Origin: Antechinus flavipes
Lineage: Eukaryota
Reading direction: 5' to 3'
NCBI RefSeq assembly: GCF_016432865.1
Contig: NC_067401.1
Coordinates: forward strand, 448,198,001-448,262,000
DNA: 64,000 nt
The position numbers were made by a program, and so were the translations under genes. Each line of letters starts with the position of its first letter. Positions within the stretch are counted from its first letter, which is position 1. The notes below the pieces were generated by a model. That model saw only the letters and a list, made by a program, of their open reading frames with translations. It was not told the origin of the DNA and did not search any database. Below are positions 61,041 to 64,000 of the stretch, one piece after another.

Positions 61041-62687
61041 TTTATTATAATTATTAAAGCGTTTCATTTACAAAACATATGCATGGCTAATTTTTCAACT
61101 TTGACCCTTGCAAAACTTTCTGTTCCAACTTTCCCCCTCCTTTCCTCCACCCTTCTGTTATGGGCCAGAACTCTGAACTTGAGACAAGGATGCTTACAAG
61201 GTACTAAGTGGAATTGGTGGGACAATGGTTATCTAGTTTAGCATGGTGCTTAGTAGTTCTCTAAGTTCAGTATGATTGATTTAATCTTACAAGAAATAAT
61301 GGTTTCCTAGTGCTATAATGATTGGTTTATACTCAGGGTAGAGAATATCAGCTAGGAGAGTCAATCAGGTTAAAAGAAATTGAGAGGCAGAGAAGACAAG
61401 AGAACTGGAGGCAGGAGCTTAATTTTTCAGAGAGATTCAGAGAGAGCTAGAGAAGACAAGTGACTGGAGCCTGAAGCACAAGCCCTTGGATTCAGACAGA
61501 TTCATTCCACCTCACACCCTGTGGTGGCTGGCTGTCCTCTTTAATTTCTTCACTGAAACCATGACTCCAGAAGGCCTTTAAGAAAGCTAACCAGGCCACA
61601 GGAAAGAAGACAAGACTTTGAAAGATGACAAAGACTTTTGGACTTAACACCTGGCTGTTCTTGTGTTGATTACTGAACTGAAATGAAAGCTACTCCCAGA
61701 GACCCCAAGAAAACCTAACCAGAGAACAATACACCTCCCCTAGATGGCAGGTAGTCCAATATATATTAAATATGTTAAAGTATATGTTAAATCCAGTATA
61801 TGTATACATATTTATACATTTATCTTACTGCACAAGAAAAAATGAATCTAGAAAGAAAGAAAAAAAAAAAAAAAACCTGAGAAGGAAAACAAAAATGCAA
61901 GCAAACAATAACAAAGAGTGAAAATGCTATGTTGTGGTTCATACTCATTTCCCAGAGTTCTTTCTCTGGGTGTAGCTGATTCTCTTCATTCCTGAACAAT
62001 TGGAACTGGTTTGAATCATTTCATTGTTGAAGAGAATCACATTCATCAGAATTGGTCATCGTGTAGTCTTGCCATTGCCATGTATAATGATCTCCTGGTT
62101 CTGCTCATTTCACTTAGCATCAGTTCATCCAGACCTTTCTGAAATCATCCTGCTGGTCATTTCTTACAGAACAATAATATTCCATAACATTCAGATACAC
62201 AATTTATTCAACCATTCTCCTAGTGATGGGCATCCATTCAATTTCCAGTTTCTAGGCACTACAAAAAGGGCAGTCACAAACTTTTTTGCATATGTGGGTC
62301 CCTTTCCCTCCTTTAAGATCTCATTGGGATATAAGCCCAGTAGAAACATTGCTGGATCAAAGGGTATGCACAGTTTGATAACTTTTTGAGCATAGTTCCA
62401 AATTGCTCTCCAGAATGGTTGGATTCATTTACAATTCCACCAACAATGCAGTTGTGTCCCAGTTTTCCCACATCCCCTCCAACATTATCATTATCTTTTC
62501 CTGTCATCTTAGCCAATCTGAGAGGTGTGTAGTGGTATCTCAGAGTTGTCTTAATTTGCATTTATCTGATCAATAGTGATTTGGAGCACCTTTTCATATG
62601 ACTAGAAATAGTTGCAATTTCTTCAACTGAAAATTGTCTGTTCATATCCTTTGACCATTTATTTATCAATTGGAGAATGCCTTGATC
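61041..62687 (-). mobile_element. 5'-truncated L1 (ORF2 C-terminus plus 3' UTR), dasyurid-like, interrupted by a solo LTR
   Basis: ORF 62313-62561 MQIKTTLRYHYTPLRLAKM is L1 ORF2; 18-bp TSD TAAAAGATT(C/T)CTTTCTTT at 61023-61040 and 62688-62705; TT/AAAG endonuclease site. Confidence 0.95.
61156..61733 (+). mobile_element. 578-bp solo ERV LTR; orientation tentative
   Basis: TGT...ACA termini; 5-bp TSD CCTTC/CCTCC; the L1 3' UTR rejoins cleanly when it is removed. Confidence 0.88.
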
Positions 62688-63059
62688 TAAAAGATTTCTT
62701 TCTTTAAGCTTAAATCTGTCTCTATGAAACTGGCACCCATTGTTCCCACTTCTATCCAAACAGGGACAAGCAGAACTAACAATCAATAAACTTATTCAAC
62801 AAGCAATTATTACTTGCTTACTACATGCTAGGCAGTGTTTCAGGCTCTGAGGACATGAAAACAAAAATGAGGATCCACAGTGGGAATGGAGACAACATGC
62901 CTATACACACATACACACACACACACATATAATATAATATATAGCACAAATTTGGTATTATATAATACCATACACACATGTACATATACATATATACATA
63001 TACATATGCAGATACATATACACACACACCTAACCCTTTCCCACATAATGGTCCATTAA

Positions 63060-63540
63060 ATAACTGAAGGCAGCAATCACATCCCTCATATTGGGCTTGG
63101 AGTCTGGAAAATCTGAGTACAAATTTTGTCTCAAACATTTACTAAAAAGTCTCTTAACTTCTTCTAGAATATTTCATCATCTGTAAAATGGCAATAATAA
63201 TACTTCCTTTTTTTTATCAGTTGTATCTGGCTATGTATGAGCCCACTTGGGGTTTTCTTGGCAAAGATACTGGAGCACTTTGCCATTTCCTTTTCATTTA
63301 ATAGATGAGAAAACTGAGGCACAGCGTTTAAGTGATTTGCTCAGAGTCGCATGGCTATTAAGTGTCTGAGGCCAGATTTGAACTTGGAAAGATGAGTCTT
63401 CTTCACTCCAGGCCAGTGCTATGTACATTATGGTACCCCTTAACAGCTCCAGTACCTATCTTACAGTATTTTCAGTCCAATGAGACAAGATTTGTAAACC
63501 TTAACACACTATAAAATGTGTGCTGCTATTATTATAATGA
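63060..63540 (+). mobile_element. MIR interrupted by an antisense MAR1 (~63215-63440)
   Basis: TTGGGGTTTTCTTGGCAAAGATACTGGAG tail within a MIR. Confidence 0.8.
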
Positions 63541-63584
63541 GCACAAATGGTTTTGTTCAGGGAACATCCCTGCCAAAAAGAAGT

Positions 63585-64000
63585 CATGATACAGTGGAAC
63601 TAAATCAGACTCTGAAGATTAAAGGTCCTGGATTCAAATCTTCCCTCTAAAAGTAAACATGTGATCTTGGGAAAGCCTTTTGAACTTCCCTGGGTCTGTT
63701 CCCTTGTCTATAAAAATTCTGAGGTCTCTTTCTGCTTTATATCTATGACTGTTATCATAATAGCAAGCATTTATATGTTGTTGTTTGATCATTTCAATCA
63801 TGTTTGACTGTGTTCCCATTTGGGATTTTCTTAGCAAAGATACTAGAATTGTTTGCCATTCTCCAACTCATCCTATACCTTCTGAAAGGAAGATGTTATT
63901 ATTATTACCACTTTACAGATGAGTATGCTAAGGCTGCCAGAGGTCACATGACTTCCAAGATTCATATAACTATTAAATGCCTGATGTTAAATCTGAATTC
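63585..64000. mobile_element. Cluster of MIR and MAR1 fragments
   Basis: CCTGGATTCAAATC head; TTGGGATTTTCTTAGCAAAGATACTAG; ACTTTACAGATGAG CORE. Confidence 0.7.

Noticed and set aside
1-64000. ORF-track entries of 60-197 aa as genes
   Set aside because: They are runs of X from gaps, microsatellite translations, TE remnants or low-complexity AT-rich chance ORFs. Only the L1 ORF2 fragments are recognisable.
1-64000. CRISPR array, operon or other prokaryote-type system; rRNA, snRNA or intact tRNA genes
   Set aside because: The sequence is mammalian. I found no regularly spaced repeat-spacer array and no recognisable structural RNA apart from the tRNA-Cys half.

Overview
AT-rich, CpG-poor mammalian genomic DNA, almost certainly from a marsupial and probably a dasyurid. 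This is inferred from MAR1/WSINE1-type SINEs and a marsupial L1 3' UTR recognised from memory of repeat consensus sequences, not from a database search. I recognise no cellular protein-coding ORF. The only ORF-track peptides I can identify are L1 ORF2 fragments (13.3, 53.8 and 62.3 kb) plus degraded L2/L3 remnants. A large part of the window is interspersed repeat: MIR/MAR1/WSINE SINEs, L1, L2, L3/CR1, hAT MITEs, one solo LTR and many microsatellites. Seven N gaps are present. Between the repeats lie several unique blocks that look like conserved non-coding elements, so the window reads as a large intron or a gene desert. I found no firm evidence of a new multi-gene system. The best leads, all hypotheses, are: (i) a MER63-like hAT element that contains a copy of a nearby ~180-bp genomic segment; (ii) several minus-strand candidate microexons, one of them duplicated; (iii) a retrocopied 5' half of tRNA-Cys; (iv) a solo LTR nested in a TSD-flanked L1. 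Repeat boundaries are approximate (tens of bp) unless a TSD or TIR is quoted.
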